64,000 bases of DNA from Orbicella franksi (lineage: Eukaryota): NCBI GenBank assembly GCA_964199315.1, contig OZ116701.1, forward strand, positions 3,844,001-3,908,000. The letters run 5' to 3'. Shown one piece after another: positions 36,411 through 59,700 of this stretch. A program made the position numbers and the translations under genes. The notes under the pieces were generated by a model. The model did no database searches. It worked only from the letters and a program-made list of their open reading frames with translations, and was not told the origin of the DNA. How positions within the stretch are numbered: the stretch's first letter is position 1; each line of letters starts with the position of its first letter.

Positions 36411-36996
36411 ACTGGATGGGGTGTTTGTCCAGTGCTGGGTTTCCCCCAATGTCTGATTCAGTGTTCCCCATTTATACACCTGAAGCAAGAGGCATTTGTC
36501 TAAGAATACAACACCCACAGTCCACTACACTAATGGTTACGCCATCGCACCTCCCATTTATGGCATGGAAAACATGGCAACTATTCTTGAGAGTAAATGA
36601 CAATCAGAGAGTGTCTGTAGTGCTTTCTTGTTATATGGAATTGTTAGGCTTGACGAGACGCCTCTTCCTAAGGAAAACGAAACTAGAGTGCAATGAACAA
36701 CGGCCATTTCCTTTGCTTATATCTTTGCTTTGATCAATATCAAACCTCTCTGAACCCTTACCATATAATACAATGATGGATGTAATGAGAAAAAACCTGC
36801 TGATCTTTTATACAAACAATAGTAAGGTCCCAAGCAAAATTGTACAAAATGTATCGTGAAAATTAAATTACACACCCTCAAAATGCTCTAAAAACTGCCT
36901 GTTCAAGAAAGTCAGTCTTAGACTCAGTTAAAAAGTTCACAAATGTTTTCCCAAGCGTGCGACTATTCAGAAGTTCGGTGAGCGCGGTTTTTACGT

Positions 36997-37326
36997 TTAG
37001 CCATCACACTTTGCGATCGAGTTAGCAGCAGTCTCGATGAAGTTTGCCAGTTTGACATCATTTTCCGACAGGCCGCTGCAGTCATGTGTACTGAGTGTAA
37101 TCTGCACTTTGTTGTACACGTTAAACCATTCGGGGTGATGATCCATTTTCTCGGCTTGCAGAGCAACACGTGTCATGAATCCAAACGCTTGGTTGAAATC
37201 TTTGAAAAGGAATTCCTTGTAAATAGCGTCTCTGCCTTCCACTTCTGTCCACCCAGATTTGCGCAAGGACGGAAGAGTTGTGTTTCTTTCTTCTTCGTCG
37301 AGTTTCTGGCGTTTTGGTGCTGACAT
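36997..37326 (-). CDS. PCBD: Pterin-4-alpha-carbinolamine dehydratase (PCD/DCoH), single exon, 109 aa
   Basis: [54 protein letters not shown] is nearly identical to vertebrate PCBD1/2 as recalled. Kozak-like CCACCATG; in-frame stop upstream. Confidence 0.95.
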   Translation of the reverse strand: MSAPKRQKLDEEERNTTLPSLRKSGWTEVEGRDAIYKEFLFKDFNQAFGFMTRVALQAEKMDHHPEWFNVYNKVQITLSTHDCSGLSENDVKLANFIETAANSIAKCDG

Positions 37327-37750
37327 GGTGGAAAGAAGACAAAGAAGTGTGAAAGATGTTCACTTGCGGTACATTCGAGCGCGGAAACGAAACAGGTAGC
37401 CAGGGAGGGGAGAGTCGAGTATTTGCCTTCATTTCATCGATGGTCAATATTTTATTCTAGATGTACATGGAGATACACTAACAGAAAAACTGTCAAAATT
37501 AATAAAACAAGTTTATACATAGTCCATATTAGAACACGCGATGTGAAATAAAATGAGAACACGTTCATTTGTAAGGAGAAAAATACCGTTCCCCACCCCG
37601 AGAAGAAGAAAAATGCCCCTCGTGCCTGACGAACATTCCACGTGACTTCTACACAAACCAATCACGTAACGAGACAGTGCAGCTTTCCCGCCAAATTTGT
37701 TCTCCCGGGAAGAAACAAGCTGTAGTCAGTTGAGTGAATCCTTCGCGAAA
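37327..37750. promoter_or_regulatory. Bidirectional PCBD/MCM5 promoter with E2F site, CCAAT box and E-box
   Basis: TTTCCCGCCAAA (37684-37695, canonical E2F), CCAAT (37658-37662), CACGTG (37639-37644) and a second E2F-like TTCGCGAAAA (37742-37751) at the MCM5 ATG. E2F control of MCM genes is established in animals. Confidence 0.65.
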
Positions 37751-44735
<6,985 letters not shown>

Positions 44736-47700
44736 TCAAACCATTCCTGTTAACTGTGGCAAAGCTTCAAGTATCCTGCCATATTTGGATCATAATTGGG
44801 ACCAATAGTCTCATCATTTTGTATTATTTGTCTTTGCTCAAAAGCTTTACAGAGTTCCTCATATAATAACTGCATTATAAGACATTAAAATTCACAAGAT
44901 CACTTACATTCTCTGTCTTTGCTAAAATAGTAAGAAACACCTTTGTATACAGCTTGTGTGCCGAACATTAATGTTAATAAAATAGACATTCCAAAAAAAA
45001 AAAAAAGAACGGTGCCAAGTATTTTATCAACTTGCGAGTGTCCTTCCTTTGCTTGCACAGTAACTATTTGGCCTAAATATGTGAATTACAACCAGTTTTT
45101 CACAAGATGAACTAAAAGGGCTCAGTTTCACACAACAGTGTCCCAAAAAAAGTGTTCTGTGTTATGGAGTTGTACATTAAGCAGTGCAACTGACACTTTT
45201 AAGTTTAGCACCATGTTTACACTTATTTCAGCTCTATTTTCCTTTGTTCAAGTCCTTTAATGCTTGCCCAAAAATAGAATGAAAAATATGCCTTTTCTCC
45301 AGTATTAAAACTTAGTGACACTTGTTTTATTTGTGGGAGCATCTGCCAGGTGCAGCAAATTCCACCCTGGCACCTAGCTGTTGCTAAGCTATATTGATCC
45401 AATGTGATCCCCTGAAAACTTTCAGAGACTGAGACACTTTCAAGTTCCAACACTATCCTCATACTGCAATGCCAGTTTCCCCCTATCAGATTGTACTTCC
45501 TAAAACGTATGGGAAATAATTGTAGAAACAGGCCAGTCTTTGTTACTCATCACATGATTATATCACAAATTTAAACATTGCAATCTCCATGCCATTTGGT
45601 TGAATGATATAATCTTTCTTCACCAACTGAACTTGTTGAATCAGTTGATATGTTTTAAGTGACCAAGCCTATGTGCCATCTTTCAATTTTATTCCTGCAC
45701 AGTTGGAAGCAAATTAAACATGCACGCAAGGTGTAATTGCCCCAATGGTCAGCTCACTTTTCCAACCAAGTTAAGAGGAACTGAAATGAAGAATGAAGAG
45801 AGAAGGATCTTTTACAAAGCCTGGAAGCAAGCTATCAGTGGCACTGAAACATGCCTCACATGTGTGAAGCCAATGGAAGCCAATAAAGAAATGATATTTT
45901 GTAAGCTAAATCAAAGGCGAAACCCAACTCCTTCCCAGGGTCGCTCATCTCAGGCTGTACCTTTAGGCCCCGGAGAGGGCAGAAGAAAAGACTGAGAATA
46001 AGACTTCCATCTGGCCTACACCAACAGAACAATCCCAAATAAATACCCACACAAGCTGTTACTAGTTCACAAGTTAGAATTTTATTGTTACCAGCATTAT
46101 CTTCTGGTTGGATCTACAAAAAACAATATTATGTACTGGTTGACATGAAAAAGACAAGAGTCTCAAGCTCAAGTATGCCCAGCCTCTTGTGCAGTCACTC
46201 TTTGACATGCAGCACAATCATCCCTTGGAGGCAAAATGCCATAGACCATTGTACAATATGTCAGAAGAGAGTATGCATAGGAGGTTAAAGTATGCCATGT
46301 ACAAACTTTCTATAAATTGCCTTCAAGATCTTCTAGAATCACACAAACTGGACAACAAAATAAATCATTTATAACGTTCCACCCAATTCACACTCCTTTC
46401 AACTGACCTCTAAGTGATATGAATGGAAAATAGCACCATACATGTACATGCTGTTTTGTGTACTTTGTTAAGGAAATGGAATAGATGCACTCAAAGGGTG
46501 AACATAACGTGAGTACCCTATATTATTCTGTGACATGGTGTTTGATCTTGGTAACTCTTACACTATTGACAATCAAAGCATTTTGCTGTTAGATTATACA
46601 CCTTAAAGTAACTTCATAATGACTATAAAACTAATATGTTTAAGGGTTGAGCATAAAGATTAAACTTACTCTAACAATAATTTTATTTGTTTCAGAAAAT
46701 AAAGATATCAATGAAATTATATTGATTATTAGCTCAGCCGAGAATTGACAGTTGCAAATTATAACAGCATGCACTCTTGTCTCCAGCTGAAAACATCCAG
46801 ACTTGCATAACACACAACTAACATTAATATCTTTCACACATCAGTAATCTCTTCTTCAAAGTAAACTTAATGCAGTTATAAACAATAATCTCTATTGACA
46901 GTGCTATTTTCTATTTCATGTCTAGGGGCAACATCCATGTACATTTATCTCATCCTTTCGAGGGTGAGGGTTGTTTGACGTTCACTCACCCATTTGAGCA
47001 AACAGTGTTCTCTCATTCTCTTCACTGCAGGCTACAACTAGTCAATTTTACATCATACTGTCATCTAAATTGTCCGCTTTCTTAACTTTGCACCCTGATA
47101 TTTGAGGGTAGGTTTTGAAAACATGTTATAATTTAAGTTCAATTATTATGAACCCTCGTTGGGTCCACAATCTAAAATGACTACAAAACAAAACTGTTAC
47201 TTCACTGGAAATATCCAAACACTGGCAGAGTAACGTGAGACTATCTTCTTGAATTTAAAAAGATAAACAGCCAATGATAGTGAGGCAGAGGGCTAGAACT
47301 TGACTGGCTATCTTTTTACAACAGTTGACTTCATTCTAAGGATATAACCATTGTTTAACTCTAAATTTAGCTTGCAGTGGATAAAATACAAAGTGCAGTA
47401 AAATGTGCTACGTACATTGTAAAACTTTGCGATGCACAAAACTTGCTCAAACAGCAACAGTATATATGTTCACTTGAATTTTTAAAAAGGTCATTTGAAA
47501 AAAAAAATCAGACATAACCTATAGATTTCCACATAAATAATTCCAGGCACAAAGAACTCAGAGCATACAAAAGTTTTCATGTTACGCAGTTTGTTCTTAC
47601 TGAAAGTAAGACATTATTCAAGGAACATTGCTATGGGTAAATGGTGGTATCTTTGATACCACAGAAGAGCAGTCTCCTTGTTAAAGAAAACAAAAATATT

Positions 47701-47831
47701 TTAACACCAAGGAGGATTTGATCTTTTGTAAAGACAAAATGCATCACAAACAATGGGTTATATATATATATCAAATATGTTGTACCAACTTGGTACAATA
47801 GCCAGGTTTGGTTCTTAAAGTAATCCACTGC

Positions 47832-53440
<5,609 letters not shown>

Positions 53441-53572
53441 ATCAACTACCAAATAATTTTTGGTCAACGACAGTTTGTGGAGGCATGTTCCTTATAAGGA
53501 ACTCTTTTCCAAATTTGGTACTATCAGTCACATGATCTCATCCAAATCCAAGATGGCGACCAAAATGGCGGC
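53441..53572. promoter_or_regulatory. Very compact bidirectional promoter (112 bp between ATGs) with YY1-type motifs
   Basis: PP1 ATG at 53440 (-) and mitoribosomal gene ATG at 53553 (+). AAGATGGCG (53550-53558) and CAAAATGGCGGC (53561-53572) match the YY1 consensus; CCGCCAT sits at the PP1 ATG. Confidence 0.5.
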
Positions 53573-55826
53573 TTTTATGTGCCAAAATTGCAATCTGTTG
53601 TGGCGGTCATTTTCGCTTCAAAATCTTCCTTATAGACTCATTTTTGGAAGAATGATGACGCAAAGGTTAGTGATTTTAAATCATGAAAGTTATACAATTA
53701 TGTAAAATCATTGTATCGGGTGAATGTGTAAACAAAAGAAGCTTAAAGTCAATAGCTAAGCTAAAAAATTAAGCCAGCTAGTAATCTTAACTAAGCTTAT
53801 AATTCATATTTAATGTATTTCTGGAGTAGTCTCAGTAGGAATTAGCAGGTGGGTGGACATACATCAGTTGTGTTCTTCTTCTTGTATCTGTTTGAATTCA
53901 ATATGAAGGCTATAATTTGAGTGGGTCTTTAATTTAAGGTTGTCCGAGCGAGGTCTAAAACCGACTACAATTACGTGAACGTCTGCTGGGGTCTTGGGAC
54001 AGCTTACTTTGGAGTTTCTAGTCTATTCTTGACTGTTCGATATTAAATCTCTCAGACCCTACGCCATGCCCTTGAAAACCCTTTTAGAGGCTAGGTTCTC
54101 GAGTGGGGAAGAAATAATGCGTGGTTCAATTCCACCAGTTACCACCACCCCCGGGCAACCTCTGGGACAAGTCAGGACCTTTGTGCCCAAGGGTGGGGAA
54201 TTGTTTGAGGCAGTCTTGTCCTGAGGTAAGGGAGGTAGGGCAAATCAAAAAATTGCTTTTTTACGCATGGTTTATTAAACAAAATTTCCTTATTTTTTTA
54301 TTTTTATTTGAATAGGAAGTTATGCAGCAGTGCAACAGAGTCTAAGAAAGCAACAGAAACAGATGAATCAAAGCTTGATCCACCAGCTCATGTGCTACAG
54401 ACTAAAGGAATGGGAACACCAGTTATGGAAGAACACACACCAGGTACAATAATGGAGTTTTGATAGAAGAAGAAGAGTGATTTTGATGGCCCCAGATTTC
54501 ATACATCTTAGCAATCTTAGTACTAATGTTCGTTTTTTATTAACCTTAAACTTCAGTCCATCCCGAAGTGGCAGAGATTTTAAGAAACTCAAGAGGTCGA
54601 TTGGTGGATGGAAAGTGGATAAAACCTCTGTACAATGCCAGAAAATTAGCGAAATTAAGAAATGAATACATAGCCAAAGGTTACTACTGGCCACAGAAGC
54701 CAATGGCTGATAGAGGCCTTGACAGAACTCCAAAAGGACACAAGCGTGTTATGCTGCAGGAAGAGAGGTAAAGAATCATATCAACTGTTCCCTCGATCCT
54801 GTCCCTTGTGCGTGAACAGGGTCCTCAACATTGAAAGAGGGGGGAGGGGAGAACTTGCTTCATGTCCCAAGTCTTTTGTCTGGGATTGCAGGTTTCACCC
54901 CCCCCCCCCCCCCCTCCCCTTGCAATTTCAAGACATTTTGTTGTTCAAATATGAGAATGATTTGCTTCTTTGGATGGGATCTGAAGAGTATGGACAGTAT
55001 AGAGCAGTAGGGTAGTATGGAAATTTAAGTAAAACAGACCTTTACTTGCCTTCCTTTCACTTCATATGCAATTGTTGGCATACTGTCATTGTGCAAACAC
55101 TTAAATATGTTATTGGTCCATTTGCAAATAAAGTCACCACCATTTGCCCCCATTGGATATTTTCGTTAATCAGGTATTTCTTCCAAAAGGCCAGGTTAAA
55201 GTAGTTGCACAGTCACTGTAATAAATTAAAGAACTCAGAGAGTTATCACAATTAGTTGATTGCAATTTGATTGAAATGACCCTGTTAGCCTTGTAAGTTC
55301 CCAGTTGGGGGGGGGGGGTACTCCCATATATTGGCTATATAGGTATGTGCTGTGAGACAGGATATGGTTTTTGGGGTTCCTGATCTTTTTGCCCCTGTTG
55401 ACATTGTGTTCCTGGTGTGATCCTTAGATAGGGTACCTAAATTGTTCAGGTTTTAAAACCCTTTGCGGCACACACCTATCCAACATTTACGGGAGCACTC
55501 CCCCCCCCCTCCCCCCACCCCAATAAGTTCCTTCTGCGCCCTGCTCCAGAAAAGAAATGAAGCTAATATTATTGATTATGTGCTAACTTTACAGACGTAA
55601 AAAAATTGCGGAGAACATGGCGAAGATGCCGCAAATCATCGAGGAGTATAAAACAAGGATGCGAGAAATCAGGGCTAAAAGAAGAGAGGAAAAAGAAAAG
55701 TCGAGACTTCAGGCAATTCAAGCTCAGAGGCTGGGGTATGACATCAGAGATCCGCGAGCTCTGCTGGCAATACAGGGAGAAGCTACAGACGATAAGAAGA
55801 GAAAGAAGGAGAAGGCAAAAAAATAG
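53553..55826 (+). CDS. Mitochondrial large-subunit ribosomal protein of the mL59/mL64(CRIF1) type, 4 exons, 227 aa
   Basis: Exons 53553-53665, 54316-54443, 54557-54767, 55595-55826 (684 nt, phases 2/1/2 consistent). Acid-free Arg-containing N-terminus (presequence-like), GKWIKPLYNARKLAKLR...PKGHKR...RKKIAENMAKMPQIIEEYK (mL59-like) and QRLGYDIRDPR plus Lys-rich tail (CRIF1-like). Confidence 0.8.
55308..55510. repeat. G-run/C-run-bounded MITE-like repeat (GGGGGGTACTCCC ... GGGAGCACTCCCCCC); related copies at about 33120-33250 and 34090-34420
   Basis: Inverted terminal G/C runs with ACTCCC/GGGAG; related termini and internal CCCCTAAG motifs occur in the other copies. Confidence 0.55.
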
Positions 55827-56753
55827 AAAACGAGGACGTAGAGTCTCGCTACAGCTGGTACCGGTTTACTACCCACACGCAAATGAGGAGAGATCTTTCC
55901 TGAAAGGTTCAAGTACTCTTTCATTCTCTTCAGTATCAATTCAATAAACAAAGGTGCACGCAGTTCTTCCAACGCTGTAGTTAGAAGCTTGCGCTACAGG
56001 CGTGAATGGTGAAGGGGTAAAAAAAGTGAAAAACGCTCCTCCCCCTCGTCCCCGTTTTTCGTTTTCTACGCAGGCTACCGTTAATAGGAACGTCTGAGAC
56101 TGGACCCGAAAAAATTCCATACCGATGCCCCACTCTGTTCAGTGTCTCTGATTGGTTGTTACTTGCGCGCGAAAATTCAAAACTGCGCATCAACCAATCA
56201 GTGACACTACACGGATTTCTACATAGCTACGTCATCAGCAAGGAAGCTTCGATACTCTTATCAGACAGGGAAGAAATCCCAGACCGTCATTGAGTTTTGA
56301 CTCGAAAATGTATAAATATTGTAAGAAATATGCGCCCCCAATTAAATAAAGAAAAGTTACAACAGTAGCTATGTTGCCACACTGAAGAATAAAATTAATT
56401 CTCAAACTTGGCTGATTCAGAACGATTCAAGCGGCAAACGTGAGCCTTACTTTCCAACTTTTTCCCCGCGTCGTCCTTAATCCGCCCGCAGGCTAGTGTA
56501 TTGTCATCATTATGTGCTGTCACGGTTTTACAAAATTGAATAAGTGTTTTGATTCCATATGTTTCCAGCTTCTTGTCTGTTGTTCTTTCATGCTGTTTCA
56601 CCTGTTGGTTGTACGTATTAAGCATCTTCCACCGTGGTGTCACGCGAGAATACGCGCAAAACAAATAGATCGACCAAGTGGACGAGTCAACCTTGACGGA
56701 GATCAAGGTAGGACAAATTTCGAGTCACACAGAATCGCCGGCGGAATGAGTTC

Positions 56754-59700
56754 TCAGCGGTCTTTCTTGTCCTTGTGCCCATTTTCAACCAATCCAACCA
56801 TTTGCTTGATTTTGTCCAAACGTTTTGTAATCTCTTCCTCTATGGCACTAAATAACATGATAACCAGGACAAGACCCACAATAATGTACCCGCCAAAGAA
56901 CACCGTGTGGTGCATATTCCGAGGCACATAATCGCCGAGACCTGAGGAAAAAGGACACGGAACGTTACGTGCTGTCGCTAGTGAAAATGTTGGAGCAATG
57001 TTTTTCATAAAATTATTTTTTGTGTGCTAACACTACAACCTCATATTGGTTGTTTTTTTCGCTGTTACTGAATGTTCGTTTTGTTTTTTGCTTTAAAAAG
57101 TATTTTGCCATTTATTTTGTCCCTGCTCTGGAAATGCCCAGTAGTCCTCCTTTATCTTATTTCACAGTTAAACGTGATAGTTTTTGTCAAAAAATTATTT
57201 TCCTCTGCAAACACCCTGCAACTTTTCTTGCATGTCTCCCGTGACATTGCTCATACAAACCAGGCTCGTAGCCGGTCACTATAGGTGTTTATTTTGGGGA
57301 AAAGAAGACTGGATACAAGGGTGGATTATCTGCTGCCTATTACCGTAACTCCCCACGCGCTCCACTCGATCCACTCGATCCAGACCGTTTTCTTCTTCAA
57401 ACAAATATCCAATCTGACCCGTAAATAGCGACTGCAGTGGCGGATCTAGGGAAGGGGCCCGGGGGGGCGCCTTCTCCCCCCCCCCCCGCCCTATTTTGGG
57501 TGAAAAAAGAAGAAATGACTGAAGGAAGACAAGCCGGCAGGGTAAGTAAAACAAACCCCCACCCCCCACCCCCGCACCCTCCTCCTAGCTCAAAGGCTGG
57601 ATCCGCCACTGGACTGGGTACGAGTCTGCATCTAACCTCGCAATAACGACAGGTTAAATTTCGTACACCGCAACTTTTTGAAATGCTTACCTATTGTCGT
57701 TAAAGTCACAAAATAGTAGTAGAACGATTCAAACAACGACCACTCTTCCCACAACGAGAATAACACGGCACCAGCCGCTAAATATGTCGTAACCATGCTA
57801 AATACGTTCTTGAGAGTGAGATGAAACTCTTGGTTGTCGTTTATCGTTTGAAACTGTGACGAATCTTCATCTTTCTTCTCTTTTGCTGCTTCGTGTTGTC
57901 TTTTCCGCCGCAAATTTGCGGAGTGCAAGAATTGAAGGACGCTGAAAATAAAAACAGAATACTTTTTCCGTGTTTACATAGCCTCATCTAAACACGAGGA
58001 GGAGTCGGAGAATTCGAGACATTTATGTAGTGCTTACATACTCTCATCTAAACACATCTATCGACCAATGAGAGCGCGCGCGTAGTAGTTCAGTTATTTC
58101 ATGAAATAACATAGTTCTTAGTAAGATCCCAACTGCAAACCGAAATGTAAGAGAGTTCAATTTTCGGTAACTACAGCCGTAAGATCGACTATTATAACAC
58201 TAGACTAGGCGAGAGTTGACATCTGCCTGGCAGACGAGAAAATTTTTCGTCGAGTTTTGTGACAATTTGAACAAGTTCAAATTTATTGCGAGAGCACGAG
58301 AACCGATGACAGCGAAGGAGAGTTGACAAGAAATTTTAATTAATAATTAACTGTGGATGATTTCTGCCTTTTAACGGCAACTTATCGGCTGAGGCCGCCT
58401 CCACGCTATTCTGGAGAAATTTGAAAACCAAAGGAGCTTTCGCTCTGAAAATGCATCAAATGTTTCCGTCCACATTACGCCGGAGAAATTTGAAAACACA
58501 ACAATCGCTGGTCATTTTGGATTTGTGTTTGAGGAAAACTCGGGCAGGGAAACCACGTGATTATCGTAACGTCATCGCTTCCAAAATGTTTCCCGTCCAA
58601 ACTACAACGCAAAGACTGTGTTTTCAAATTCCTCCGGTTTGAAGAGCGCTTTCGAAAAGCTCTGTTTTCGTGACGGTCCGAGACGGATTAGTGCGGACGG
58701 TAACGGCTACGGTAGGCCTAACCGTAGAAATTAAGCTGCGTTTTCAAATTTCTCCGGCATATCAGCCCGGCTGACTCACCCTGTGATGAGAGATACTAGA
58801 CTGGAAGCAACGACATTAAACAGCGGTATTCCAAGGAACCCATACATGACACAAAGGATACGTCCACACGTGGACACTGGAACAATGCTACCATAACCTG
58901 GAGAAATACACAGGTAATCTGATCATAAATTATGGAATTAAAAATGCATTAAATATGATTAGTGGTGCGTGGTAGGTCAAAATACGTCATGTCATGTAGA
59001 CCGCAAAATTGGAGGAATCCGCGAATAATCTGTTTTTTTTGTTGTTGTTTTTTAGTTTTCATTCTACGATAACTAGTTCAATTGTCCGACAGACCGGTAA
59101 ATTACTTTCGAAAGTTGATTCAGTTAATTTGTTGCACTAGGTCCAGCAAATTGTGAACGTGTCTTGGGATATCGGGTCCTACCAGCGAAATTTCTGAACT
59201 AGCAAACTAATGAAAAGGACACTGTCAAATCTTCAGTGACAAAATAGATGGTCAGGGCTGACGTGGCACTCGTCTCTAAATATTGTAATTTACTTATTAT
59301 TTCATAACTTGCGAAGCAGGAGCTTTTGGTGGAAACTTGGGCACGCGAGTGGAAAACTGAACACACGAGCAAAGGAAACAGCGCGCGTTGCTGCGAGCAA
59401 AAGATAGCGAGAAGAAGGCAAGGCGAAAACATCGCCGGCTTTTCCAACTTCCTTCCCCTCCACTGTCTCTCACTAGTTTTGTTTGTTTGTTATTGTTTTC
59501 GTCTTCAATTAATAACCATTAATTGCTACGTTTTGCTCTGAAAGTGAAAACTTTGCCAGAGTTGCTTTATTCTAAATTGCCGCTGCCTCTAAAGCGATCA
59601 GTGCAAATTTTTCCACACAAATCTGCTGGATACAGTGTATGTTACAGACGGGAAGAAATAACGTTTCGCTCCACCTGTTTCTTAGCTTTGTTATTCTAAG

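Noticed and set aside
36126-36733. Pro-rich (PSPPL)n and Gly-rich (GRGGE)n ORFs
   Set aside because: Translations of the (CCCCT)16 microsatellite inside a SINE; no gene structure.
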